From: Mobula hypostoma
Lineage: Eukaryota
Reading direction: 5' to 3'
Length of the DNA stretch: 64,000 bases
Assembly (NCBI RefSeq): GCF_963921235.1
Contig: NC_086118.1
Location: 24,802,001-24,866,000, forward strand
This document shows positions 1 to 11,698 of the stretch, one piece after another. The position numbers and the translations under genes were made by a program. The notes beneath the pieces are model-generated. The model was not told the origin of the DNA, did no database searches, and saw only the letters and a list, made by a program, of their open reading frames with translations. Positions within the stretch are counted from its first letter, which is position 1. Each line of letters begins with the position of its first letter.

Positions 1-628
1 GTTCAGATGGTTAAACTGTCGGGTGCTGAGGCGTTATATGCCCACTGTGAAGTAGCTGCATTGGGTATCTGTGAATTCAGGCTCAAGCTTAGACACCTGT
101 GCCTGAATTGCTCTCACAATGTTGGTCACTGCTCTCAGGATCATACCTGTCCTCATCTGCCAATACAAGGCACTGCTCGCAGTTTGCTGGTCACAGCTAC
201 ATTAGGCAGGCCGTTGCCATTCTCTGCTCACCATATCACACTTCATCTTACTGCACCTTTAAGAGCTGGCTGATGAACTTCAGCACTAACACTGATAAGT
301 TTGCAGAGTAATGCCAGCACGGTGACATACAAGGCAAACCTACAGCAAAGTTTTATTTTTCCAATTAGCACTAACATATTTCACAGCCTTTAAAAGGTGT
401 TTTTCTCAAAAAAGCATTGGAGAGGTTTGCACCGATATTGTGACATTAAGAACTAAAAGGGGAGAGAAATTTCTGGCACCATGATGGAGAAAATAATCGT
501 TGTCTGTTCAACTTGTGTAATGGAGAAATAGATGTGAAATATAACACATAACACACTGGGAAAAACAATTTTCACAGTTTAGAATTAGTATGCATTGCTC
601 GAGTCTTTCATTCAGTCAAGTTACTCAC

Positions 629-771
629 CTTGGATGCCTGAATGTCAATAAACATTTATTAAATTTGCCAATCATACTCCAGGCCTTAACAGTTTCATCT
701 TTGCTCCCACTAACCAAGTGCCATTGGTCGAAAGACAAACACGTGACTGGGCCCTGGTGACCACTCAGAAT
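629..771 (-). CDS. FBXW10: FBXW10 exon I, WD40 repeat (last exon found; gene continues beyond window start)
   Basis: Acceptor ttttccttttctgatattcag, donor AG|gtgagt; 143 nt, phase 0-2; ILSGHQGPVTCLSFDQWHLVSGSKDETVKAWSMIGKFNKCLLTFRHP. Confidence 0.93.
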
Positions 772-910
772 CTGAATATCAGAAAAGGAAAATGCATCAA
801 CTGAGACAAATACTGTGGTCAACCAACCTAACTAGAGCAATGCACAATTAACTTAAATTGGCATTTTGCATACTGAATAGTGTAGAATGTACAGATGCTA
901 CATTAAGTAC

Positions 911-980
911 CATAGACCATAAGACATAGGAGCATAATTAAGCCATTCAGCCCATCATGCCTGCTATCATTTGATCATGC
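911..980 (-). mobile_element. CR1 LINE 3' tail fragment
   Basis: catagaccataagacatagg...gccattcagcccatc matches the 3' tails of the longer CR1 copies at 10014 and 27144. Confidence 0.6.
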
Positions 981-1907
981 ATGCACCAGCAGGACTAATG
1001 CTAAGCATCATTAAGAGAGCTAAGCAAAACAAGAACTTCAGTGAGTTCTTGATATGAATTAAGTTCAAGAATATATGATCCTTATGAATAGTTATGTAAA
1101 CATGGTTAGTGCTGGACATCCACAGTTGATTGCTCACACATGGTTTTCCTTGGCTAATGCAAACCAGAAAGATGACGGTCGTGTATGGGCAGATTTTGGT
1201 CACAGAGCATATTGTCCTTGTGATGGATGCATTGGAAGTGAGACACTTGTGCATCCACCTCCAGAAAGTGTCTTTGTCAGGAAGAGATGTAGTGCATTTG
1301 TGAAAGTTTGTTACAAACAGCTGCATAGTGCAGGGCTCTGTGCTGTGTAGGTTATTCCCAGGGATACACACTGAATAATGTGCATTACATAATGCACCTT
1401 GTACTGTTACTTCTCCAGAATCTATTGCAGGAAAGGGAACAATGCAATGAAAGATTCCCGCTGACATTCCCAAAACTCCCTGATTTTTGCAATCAACTGC
1501 TGCAAATGGCATGCAGTGAGATCAGGAACTATGTACTGAGGGATTGCTGAAGTTGTGTGCAATCACTATAATGATTACAGCTTGGAGCTCCCCAACCATC
1601 ACACACTAATTAATTGAAGTCTGTGAACCGTCAATTAGCATTGTATATGAATGATAACTGATTACAGGCTAACATTAGTGGGAGAACATAATCATCATGA
1701 AAAAACTTGCCTTGAATAATCTGCATTGTATACATTTGATCTTTTTATGAATAAAGATTACTTTTAAATTGTAGAAGAGGATAAGTTCACGTAATTTCTG
1801 ATGCTTTCCCTGTTGTTGCGTCATATTCCTATTGTCCAGTGGGATAATGCATCCTCGAGGAATGACATAGCACTGAAGAAAAAATTGATCCATTCTTTCT
1901 CGAATAC

Positions 1908-2056
1908 CTTAACTATGGAGTTTGATTCCAGGTTCCAGATGTGGATTTCCCCATTCTCACAGCTGCTTATCACATTCTTCTCACTAACAGCCACAGACAG
2001 AACTGGCTTATTATGCCTGAGGCTTGAGAGACATTTTCCTTGCTCAAGGTCCCATA
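1908..2056 (-). CDS. FBXW10: FBXW10 exon H, WD40 repeat
   Basis: Acceptor tttaaaccaccag, donor AAG|gtattc; 149 nt, phase 1-0; VWDLEQGKCLSSLRHNKPVLSVAVSEKNVISSCENGEIHIWNLESNSIVK. Not in ORF track. Confidence 0.92.
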
Positions 2057-2819
2057 CTGGTGGTTTAAAAAAGTTATTTTAAACAACGTCAAGCAACACC
2101 ATTAGTACACTGTTCAAAACAAGATTCCACGTTGACTGAATTATCCCAGTGACAGATTTATCATTAATAATGTAGCCAATTATGATAAAATGACTAATAT
2201 TGAACGCAGTTCTGTATTCAAGGACACAGTATGTGATAGGTAAGATCTGAATTATGGCATGAAATTAGGTAATAAATCAACTTGATCCTTTACTGTGGAG
2301 AAATGCATGAGAAAGGTTCACTTCTGAAAAGGCAAGGATATAAACATCAGAAACAAATAGGGAATTACTTCTTTAAATTGATACTGCAGCCTACTAAGAT
2401 TAATTGTATTTATTGAAATTAGCATAAATATCATAATAAATTACATTTTCATTCTCTCAGCTGGTGTTCATGAAACTTACATCTGCTTCACTGATGAGGC
2501 TAAAGTGTAAATTAAAGCCACTACTTCAAACTCCATGTTTTTACATAGCACTGATGCTGCCAAGACCACATAAATCTCTATAACATTCATTTGGTTTGAT
2601 TCTGGCACTGAGCTACAGAACATTTAATGCAATAGTTTTAAATTACATATTCCTTTGTGTCTAAGATGGAATTCAATTAATATTTAAATATTTTAAATGC
2701 TGGATTTTGTTAAATCGGGACAGAAATTGCACTCCATTTACAAGGTTAAGAGATTCACACCATCAAGGCACCTTTTAAAGATCAGTTACAAATAATAATT
2801 CTCATTAACTCGTATGTTT

Positions 2820-3882
2820 ACCTCCCTCCACCACCCTCCCCGCCCCCACTTTCTGCAGGAATTGCTCCCTCCATGATTTAAAAATTCGAAGTACATTCCC
2901 TTGTCCGTTCATCCCTCCCCACCAATCTCCCTCCTGGAAATCATCCCTGAAAGTGGCCAAGGTACTATATCTGCCCATTCATCTCCATTCAGGGCCCCAA
3001 ACAGTCCTTCCAGGTGAGGCAACACCTGCGAATCTGCTGGTGTTGTCTATTGTGTCTGGTGCTCCCAGTGCGGCCTCCTCTACATCAGCAAGGCCCGTCA
3101 TAAATTGGGGGACCACTTCACTGAGCACTTCCACTCCATCTGCCAAAAAATGGAACTTCCCGGTGGCCAAATATTTTAATTCAGATTCCCACTCCCGTCC
3201 TGACATGCCAGTCTATGGCTTCCTCTTGTGCAGGATGAGGCCACCCTCAGGATAGAGAAGCAACACCTTATAGTCCGTCTGGGTAGCCTCCAACCTGACG
3301 GCATGAATATTGATTTCTCTTTCAGGCAAAATTATTTCCCTCCCCCTCCCATGTCCTTCTATTCCCCACTTGGGCTTCTTACCTCTTCTCATCCGCTTAC
3401 CACCTCTCCCAGAATCCCCTCCTCCTTCCCTTTCTCCTACGGTCCACTCTCCTCTCCTATCAGATTCCTTCCTCTCCAGACCTTTATCTTTTTTTACCCA
3501 CCTGGCTTCACCTACCACCTTTTAGTTATACTTTACTTCATAATTTATTGTCGCCAAACAATTGGTACTAGAACATACAATCAGCACAGCGATATTTGAT
3601 TCTGTGCTTCCCACTCCCTGGATTACAAATATTAAATATTAAAAATGATTAAAATTAGTAAATATTAAAAATTTAAATTATAAATCATAAATAGAAAATA
3701 GAAAAATGGGAAATGATAACCTTCTAGTTGTCCTCCCTCCTCTCCCACCAGCTTTTTATTCTGGTGTCTTCACCTTTCCTTTCCAGTCCTGAAGAAGGGT
3801 CTTGGCCCAAAATGCAGACAATTTATTCATTTCCATAGATGCTGCCTAACTTGCCAAGTTCTCGCAGCATTTTATGTGTGTT
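2820..3882 (+). mobile_element. Penelope-like element 3' part (decayed GIY-YIG endonuclease + terminal repeat with degenerate hammerhead), interrupted at 3528-3718
   Basis: Decayed GPKQSFQVRQ..CESAGVVYCVWCSQCGLLYI (GIY-YIG-like), pyrimidine-rich tract, then cagtcCTGAAGAagggtcttggccc-aaaatgc (GAAA box mutated) and the agatgctgcc...gtgtgtt end shared with other copies. Confidence 0.8.
3528..3718 (-). mobile_element. Short non-LTR 3' fragment inserted into the PLE
   Basis: Flanked by 11-bp TSD accttttagtt (3517-3527) / accttctagtt (3719-3729); family and orientation uncertain. Confidence 0.55.
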
Positions 3883-4834
3883 ACTCTCATTAACTTCACT
3901 GTTTTCATTTTGATATTTAACAATGTATGCTGATATCTATTCAGAGTGGGAAAGAATTAATGCAGCCAGTGGCATAAGACTGCTGAGTTATCAGCAATCA
4001 TCTGTCCTGGCTCCACAGACCACAACATGGGCTAATCTAAATTGGTCCATCGAAATTATACTACAGCATTCCATGCTTTGACAAAGTAGTGAAATAAATT
4101 AACAGAATGGATCAAATAAAAATTGGATTTGATTGTTATTTCAGACTCGTGTTGCTGCTTCAGATTATGAAAGCAGATGTTAGGAATCTGAAGTAAAAGA
4201 AAAATTGCTGGTAGCACATAAGGAACATACATGGTGAGAAGCAGAACTAACATTCCAGATCTTGTTAAGAGCTAAGTGCAGAGGCAAGGAAGGGGAGAAG
4301 AAGTGGAAAGAATAGCAAGAATGAATGGCTAGTGTTTAACAGAAAGAAGTTGGATGCAAGACAAGAGAGGTGATGATGAATCTGGGAGGAAACCAAAGAT
4401 AGATCTCAAGGAAGTGGAAATGAAACATCAAAATATTACCAAAAGAGGATGATGTGTTATGGGCCAAGCCCAGTGAATGAGCTGACTTCATAAACAGTTA
4501 TAAAGCAACTAGCATAAAGGAGAACTATAGCTCAGCATCCTTACACCATCAATTGCATTACCTGCCTGATTGCTATTAGGGTGCATCCTTAAATGATCAA
4601 AACATAATCCAATAAAGACAGTTTGATTTCTCATCTCCAACACTAACAAATTTCTACGGATGGCAGAATGCTACTGTTATGAAATGCTGACTTTCAGTGG
4701 AAATACTAGATATATTAGCACTAAGTGTCAAAAGCTTGTTCACCATTTAGGGAACTAATCAGGAAACTGAACATCTATCAGCTAAAAAATAGAGCTCAGA
4801 TCAAGAGAAAACTAGAAAAAAACAAAGAGATGGG

Positions 4835-5610
4835 ATTGCCCCACACATTATTCTAAATTCCAGTGGGTACAGTCCCAAAGCTGCCAAATGCTCATCATGT
4901 GCTAACCCCTTCATTCCTGGAATCATCCTCCTGAACCTCCTCTGGACTTTCTCCAAAGACAATACATCCTCTCTCAGATAAGGGGCCCAAAACTGCTGGC
5001 AATTCTCCAATGGCCGCCTGACCAGTGGATTATACAGCTTCAGCATTATCTCCTTGTTTTTAAATTCTATTCCCCTTGAAATAAATGCCAACATTGCATT
5101 TGCCTTCTTTACACAGACTCAACCTGAGAGTCTGTGTAAAGATACATGTGATTTATGCTTCTCCCTCTCAAATTGCAGTTTGAATTCAATCATATTACGA
5201 TCACCGCTTCCTAAAGGTTCCCTTATGTTAAACTGACTAATAAGATCTGGGACTAATAACAGCACCCAATCTAAGATAGCCTTTCCCCTAGTAGGCTTGA
5301 GAACAAGCTGCTCGAAAAAGCCATTTCGTAGGCATTCAACAAATTCCCCCTCTTGCAATCCAACACCAACCTGATTTTCCCAATCCCCTTGCATATTGAA
5401 ATCCCCCATGACAATTGTGACTTTACCCTTATTACATGTCCTTTCCAGCTCCTTTTGCAAAGTCAACCCCACATCTCGGCTACTATTCTGTTTTCAGGAC
5501 CTCCTCTGTTTTTCTACCTCTATCGTTGGTACCAATATGTATCACGGCTTCTGGCTGCTCACCCTCTGTTTTGAGGATATTGTGGATGCGCTCAGAACAT
5601 TGCGGACCCT
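4835..5610 (-). mobile_element. CR1 LINE fragments (ORF2 C-terminus, endonuclease, ORF1 esterase piece)
   Basis: ORFs 4801-5094 (LEKVQRRF, LGLYPLE) and 5119-5472 (VMGDFN, PTRGKAILD, LGSGDRNMI); 5500-5565 reads EQPEAVIHIGTND, the CR1 ORF1 SGNH-esterase motif. Confidence 0.85.
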
Positions 5611-5685
5611 GGACAAGATGGAAAAGTGGAATCTTGTTCAGTCCCGGGTAGATTAGGGTAAAACTATACCTGAAGTTTGGCTAAC

Positions 5686-5807
5686 CTTTGGTCAAACAGT
5701 CCATTGCCCCTGATACAAGCCTGTCCTTGTGCAGCTGCAGAGAGGTTATACCTCCCATGTGACCACGGTATATGGTCATACACGACCCTGTCGTCAGGTT
5801 CCACCGT
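5686..5807 (-). CDS. FBXW10: FBXW10 exon G, WD40 repeat
   Basis: Acceptor gttcacttttag, donor G|gttagc; 122 nt, phase 2-1; RWNLTTGSCMTIYRGHMGGITSLQLHKDRLVSGAMDCLTK. Not in ORF track. Confidence 0.92.
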
Positions 5808-5903
5808 CTAAAAGTGAACAATTAACAAATCAAACAATTAAACAGTTTATTTAGAAATGCGCTCCTTGCTGAGAAATTTAGATTAAAGTACTTTAACTCC
5901 CAC

Positions 5904-6107
5904 CTGATGCTGAGGTCAAAACTTCCGCTGAGGACAAAATTGCGCTCCTCACATAGAAAGAGTGTCTTGATGCTTCCGGCATGCCCCTGTATTACATTTG
6001 TAATGTCTTTGGAACGATTGATATCCAAAAATCGTATTTTTCTGTCTGATGAGCCACTGGCTATCATTGTTCCCCCATTGTAGTGGATTACCCTGCTGGG
6101 ATCAGTC
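5904..6107 (-). CDS. FBXW10: FBXW10 exon F, WD40 repeats
   Basis: Acceptor tttgattgttcag, donor AG|gtggga; 204 nt, phase 2-2; TDPSRVIHYNGGTMIASGSSDRKIRFLD...GHAGSIKTLFLCEERNFVLSGSFDLSI. Confidence 0.93.
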
Positions 6108-6667
6108 CTGAACAATCAAAGACAGAAGGGATTGAACATTGCAAATCACTTTCCATTAGATCCCGATGTTGTCATTTTATTTACCCATGGATATCACCCA
6201 TCCTTATACATTCTAAATTCAAACAGGACTAGTTAAATGGACATACTGACTTATTTCAAATCAAGTGCTTCTATTAACATGAATTTTATAAAGGAACTGC
6301 ATTTAGCAACTGTGAACCTCTAAATTTTCTGCTTTGTCAAAGCTCTAAGTTCAGAATTATACCGAGAACCTCTGTTTAATATATTTATAAGCACGATGCA
6401 CATATTAAAATTAATATTTTTACCAGAGTCTTTCTCACCAATGAAAACAGAAAATTTTAGGATGTTCAGTGGCTAAATATCAACTCTGGAGAGAAAAAGA
6501 GGTAACACGTCAGATTAACAAAACAGTCCTTCATCCAAACTAGACCAATGAAGATTTATTGATTTGGATTTTAACTCAGTTTCCCTGTCCATAGAACTGA
6601 TTTAGTATCCCCTGTTAGTATTTTCTGTTTTTATGTTGAAATCTTGAATATGTAGATTGATGTGTAG

Positions 6668-7155
6668 GAACACACAAAAAAAGTGCTTAAGTAACTCAGC
6701 AGGTCAGGCAGCATCTATGTAAGTGAATGATCAGATGAATTTTTGGGCAAGACCCTTCTTCAGGATTGAGAAGGAAAGGGGAAGATGCCAGAACATAAAG
6801 GTAGGGGGAGGAAACTGACAGGTGAAGCCAGGTAGGTGAGAAAGGCCAAGGGCAGGAAAAGAAGAAATCTGATAGGAGAGGAGAATGGACTACAGGAGAA
6901 AGGGAAGGCGGAGGGAGGAGTTGATAGTCAGGTGGTAAGAGAAGAAAGGGCAGAGTGCAACATGGGGTAAAAGTGGAGGGGGAGGGAATTTTTTTTTAAC
7001 CAGAAGGAGAATTCGATATTCATGCCATCATCTTGGAGACTACCCAGACAGAACCTCAGGTGATGCTCCTCCACCCTGAGGGTGGTCTCATCTTGGCACA
7101 AGAGGAGCCCACAGACCGATATGTCGGAATGGGAATGGGAATTGGAATTAAAGTA
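6668..7155 (-). mobile_element. Penelope-like element 3' fragment with degenerate hammerhead
   Basis: Reverse complement resembles 3190-3882 (RVEEHHLRFCLGSLQDDGMNIEFS; CTGAAGA box present, GAAA box lost). Confidence 0.8.
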
Positions 7156-7437
7156 TTTGTTGTATAGGATTTTGTGAATAAAATATGCAAGAGTCATTTT
7201 ATGTGCTTAACAAAAGCTGCAGCTCCTTACTTCTATTATCAACAAACCAAAGAACAGTCACCTTACCCTAAAGTCATTACCTCAGACACCATCTCTTAAA
7301 ATGAACCAACAACTCACTGACGTTGTTTGTGAATTATGTAGAACAGTTTTTATTATGAAAAATATGTGTCCTCTGTCAGCCATTACATTACCCTACAGTT
7401 GTTTGCTCAGTATTTGCTGTGCAGACTCTTTCTTTGG

Positions 7438-7625
7438 CTGGGTGGAATGATGGCCCAGCTGTTAATGCGGCTTCCTCTCATCTCTAGAGATATAGGTTCA
7501 GTCCTGACCATGGGTGCTGTCTGTATGGTGTTTGTACAGTTTCTCCATAACGGCAATAGACTTCTGTCGGATTTTGCAGTTTCCTGTCCCATCCTAAAGA
7601 CGTGATGGTGGATTAATTGGCAACA
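7438..7625 (+). mobile_element. tRNA-derived SINE (V-SINE-like), degraded
   Basis: A-box-like tggcccagctgtt, B-box-like ggttcagtcc, then gtctgtatggtgtttgtac...tttcctgtcccatcctaaagacgtg core. Confidence 0.6.
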
Positions 7626-7714
7626 CCAAATTACTTCTGAAGGAAGGATAATACCAAAAGGAGCATAAAGGAAGGAGAAAATATATTATGAGGTACTGGG
7701 AAATAAGAAGAGTG

Positions 7715-7850
7715 GGTAAGGGTGTCAAAGGTTATGGGGAAAAGGCAGGAGAATGGGGTTGAGAGAGAAAATAGGCCAGCCATGATCGAATGGAAGACCA
7801 GACTCGATGAGCTGAATGGCATAACTCTGCTCCTCTGTCTTATAGTCTTA
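7715..7850 (+). mobile_element. CR1 3' tail
   Basis: caaaggttatggggaaaaggcagg...cagccatgatcgaatgg...tcttatagtcttatgg. Confidence 0.7.
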
Positions 7851-9147
7851 TGGAACAGGACTGATGTGATTGCTCCTGGGGAACTAACATAGACCCAATG
7901 GGCCAATTATTCTCCTCTTCTGGCAAAATAAGATGTTGAGTCACCGTCTAGTGGCAGTCAAAGGTATTAAATCTCACACAGATCAAAAAATTGTAAAGTT
8001 GAAACTGACTTCAGAATTTAATAGGTTAATCGATAGTAACTATGTACTTCATTTAGGTCTAGAACATAGCTTTAAAATTAGAGTTAGCTGGTCCAAGGTG
8101 ATATCGGAAAGCACTTCCTCAGAAATAAATCTGGAATCTCCCTGTTTTTCCAAAAAGATCTGTCAAATAAATAAATTAAAACTGATTTGGCAGAAGGGGT
8201 ATGTGAGAATCAAGGCAGTCAGACATAGTTAAGATCAGATCAGCCACTATTTAACTGATTTGTGGAACAGTTTTGAGGCATTGAATGCCTTTCTCAAACA
8301 ACAACTATTTCAGAAGAAATCCTAGAAGATGCTCGAAGGGGCAATAGTTACAAAAAGATGTGACAGGAATCCAAGCAGTAAGATGCCTGTGAGCAATAAA
8401 TGATGTCCGTTCTGTTGGCAAGATAGATTATAGTGTGACCCACTGTAAGCAAGACACTCTAGTCGGTCCAGCATTTTAATTTGTTTTGTAAGATTAAGTG
8501 AAGCCAAACTTACTCTGCCAGTTACTTCATTGTACTGTTGTCTCTGTTCTGTTTAACCAGAGTGAAAATAAGTTGGTGAATTAAACCAAGCAACCCATTG
8601 CTGACTCCACCTTCAGAAAAATTAACAGAACAGATAAAGTAGATACCAACCATAGGTACACTAACACTGAGGGCAAAGTATTGTGAATACTGGAAATCTA
8701 AAACGAAAAAACAAAACGTTGGGCAACATTAGCAAAGAGAAAAACAGAGTTAACTTTTCATTGTCCTGGGAAATGTTAAGATGCACATTCAGAGTAGCTT
8801 GCTCTCCACCATCTCCAGTGGATGCTGTAACATATTCTCCCTGTACTCAACAGCATTCTGAAAGGTCACTTTACAATCTTTGCCACTACTCTACAATCAC
8901 CAGTCAACAGCCTGTAATCCCCAAGCTCAAACCTGTTTACTTCCCCATCACAATGTCACATGATAGCCCAGCAGATCCAACTCCTGCCTGCTAACCTTCT
9001 TCCTTCTTATCATTGTTGCAAACAGTGCAGCGAGCAACACTGTCATTATTTTTTACCCCTATTAGGCAGGGATACACTTTAATGTAGTCTGGGGTGACGT
9101 ACATTTTATATTTTCTTTTTTAGGAACACTCTGCCGTGGCACACGTT

Positions 9148-9152
9148 CTTTC

Positions 9153-9188
<36 letters not shown>

Positions 9189-9194
9189 GCTCTC
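9148..9194. repeat. (CT)n microsatellite within a probable DNA-transposon end (about 9064-9298)
   Basis: ctctctctctctcgctctc tract; surrounding element has only one TIR-like end visible (ggtgggatgtctg). Confidence 0.6.
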
Positions 9195-11698
9195 AAAAAA
9201 ATTGATTTCCGGGATATTGTATATAATTTGCAGGCATCAGGGAGCCACTATTCATATGCGGGAGACTCCTGGAACTTCCGGGGGAGGTGGGATGTCTGGA
9301 ATTGTACAATTATGATTATAACCACTGTATCTACAATTTGAAGCAGCAAATATAGCCTTTTTGGATCCATATTATTTTGTCTTCTCATAACTTTTGGAAG
9401 TTAATAATTCCTGCCTTCCAGCATAACACAGGCTGCTTTCTTCCTTTTGTCTCCTGCACTCTTTCCCTTCAATCAGCAAAGAGACTAACTTATAACTTAT
9501 TTGTCCATGGGTAACAATGAAAGGTTATTGACCTGAAATGTTAACTCTGTTCCTCTGCTGTGTGGGTATGGACAAACACATCATTTTCTGTATTTTTTTT
9601 ATTACATCCCCTTCCTGATCTATCTAAACCAAAGAAAGGCAAAGTTCAGTATGTGCTTTCCCCTTGAATCTTGTTTCTGTCCTATCCCTAGCCTTTTAAG
9701 TTATTACTTATCTTCCAAGTTCCAGTACTGTGCAAGGTGATACAAGGCTGAGTACTGTACAAGTTTCCGAAAAAAAGCAGGCAACTAGATCACTCATGAG
9801 TTGTGTCAAACATCATCTAGCCCAAGTTGATACCTGTGGCAAACCAATATCCACATACAGGAAATATTAAGTAAACAAAAGGATAAAAGATTAAACCAAA
9901 AGAACATGTAATTAGACATTAAAACTTAAAATTAATCCAAAAATAAAAAAACAGAGGAAGATGATGTATTCTAATATTTTTAAAACACAAGATAGGTTCA
10001 CAATACTCAAAATCATAAGACCATAAGACATAGCAGAATTAGGCCATTCAGCCCATTGAGTCTGCTCTCTCATTCCAACATGGCTGATCCCTGATCCCAC
10101 TCAGCCCCATACACCTGCCTTCTCTCTATATCCTTTGATGCCCTGACCAATCAGGAAACAATAAACTTCTGCCTTAAATATACCCACAGATTTGGCATCT
10201 ACTGCAGTCTGTGGCAAAGCATTCAACAGATTCACCACTCCCTGGCTAACAAAATTTCTCCTTACATCCATTCTAAAAGGACACCCCCTCGATTTTGAGG
10301 CTGTGCCCTCTAGTTCTGGATACCCCCACCATAGGAAACATCCTCTCCATATCCACCCTATCTAGTCCTTTCAACATTCGGTAGGTTTCAATGAGATTCC
10401 CATGCATTCTTGTAAATTCCAGTGAGTACAGGCCCAAAGCTGTCAAACGCTCCTCATATTTTAACACCTTCATTCCCAGAATCATCCTCGTGAACTTCCT
10501 CTGGACTCTCTCCAATGACAACACATCCTTTCCAAGATATGGGGCCCAAAACTGTTGACAATATTCCAAGTGTGGTCAGACTGGTGTCTTATAAAGCTTC
10601 TGCATTATTTCCTTGTTTTTATATTCTATTCCCCTTGAAATAAATGTCAACATTGCATTTGCCTTCTTTACCACAGACTCAACCTGTGAATTAACCTTCT
10701 GGGAGTCTTGCACCAGGACTCCAAAGTCCCTTTGCATCTCTGATGTTTGAATCTTCTCCCCATTTAGGTAATAGTCCGCGCTATTGTTCCTTTTACCAAA
10801 ATGCATTATCATACATTTCCCAACACTGTATTCCTTCTGCCACCTTTTTGCCCATTCTTCCAATCTGTCTAAGTCTTGCTGCAATCGCATTGCTTCCCTC
10901 CACCTATCTTCGTATCATCTGCAAATTTTGCCACAAACCCATCAATTCCATTATCCAAATCATTGACAAACAATGTGAAAAGTAGCAGTCCCAATACCGA
11001 CCCCTGTGGAACACCACTATTCACCAGCAGCCAAACAGAAGTGGCCCCCTTTATTCCCAGTCACTGCCTCCTCTCTGTCAGCCATTTCTCTATTCATGCC
11101 AGTATCTTTTCTGTAATGACATAGCATTTTATCTTGCTTAACAGCCTCATGTGTGGCACCTTATCAAACGTCTTCTGAAAAGTGAATGATATTCACTGCC
11201 TCTCCTTTGTCCACAGTGCTTGTTACTTCCTCGAAGAATTCTAACAGATTTGTTGGGCAAGATTTCCCTTCACAGAAACCATGCTGACTTTGATGAGGTA
11301 CCCCAAAATCTCATCCTTAATAATAGACTACAACATTTTCCCAACAACTGAGGTTAAGCTAACTAGCCTATAATTTCCTTTATTCTGCCTTCCTCCCTTC
11401 TTAAAGAGTGGAGTGACATTTGCAACCTTCCAGTCCTCCGGGACCATGCCAGAATCAAGTGATTCTGAAAGATCATGACCAATACATCTGTTATCTCTTT
11501 AGCAACCTCTTTCAGGACTCTGGGATGTAGTCTATCTGGTCCAGGTGACTTATCCACCTTAAGACCTTTCAGTTTGCCTGGCACTTTTTCCTTTGTAAGA
11601 GCAATGGCACTCACTCCTTCTCCCTGACACTCCCGGACCTCTGGCACACGGCTAGTGTTTTCCACAGTGAGGAATGATGCAAAGTGCCCATTAAGTTC

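Noticed and set aside
244..342. Acceptor-like ctttgctgtag followed by FALYVTVLALL... in phase with exon I
   Set aside because: Reaches a stop after about 31 codons and has no WD40 character; the true next exon is probably outside the window.
3784..3820. Hammerhead motifs at 3784-3820, 6730-6768 and 41213-41248 as functional ribozymes
   Set aside because: Conserved core boxes are mutated (GAAA or CUGANGA lost); counted only as decayed PLE copies.
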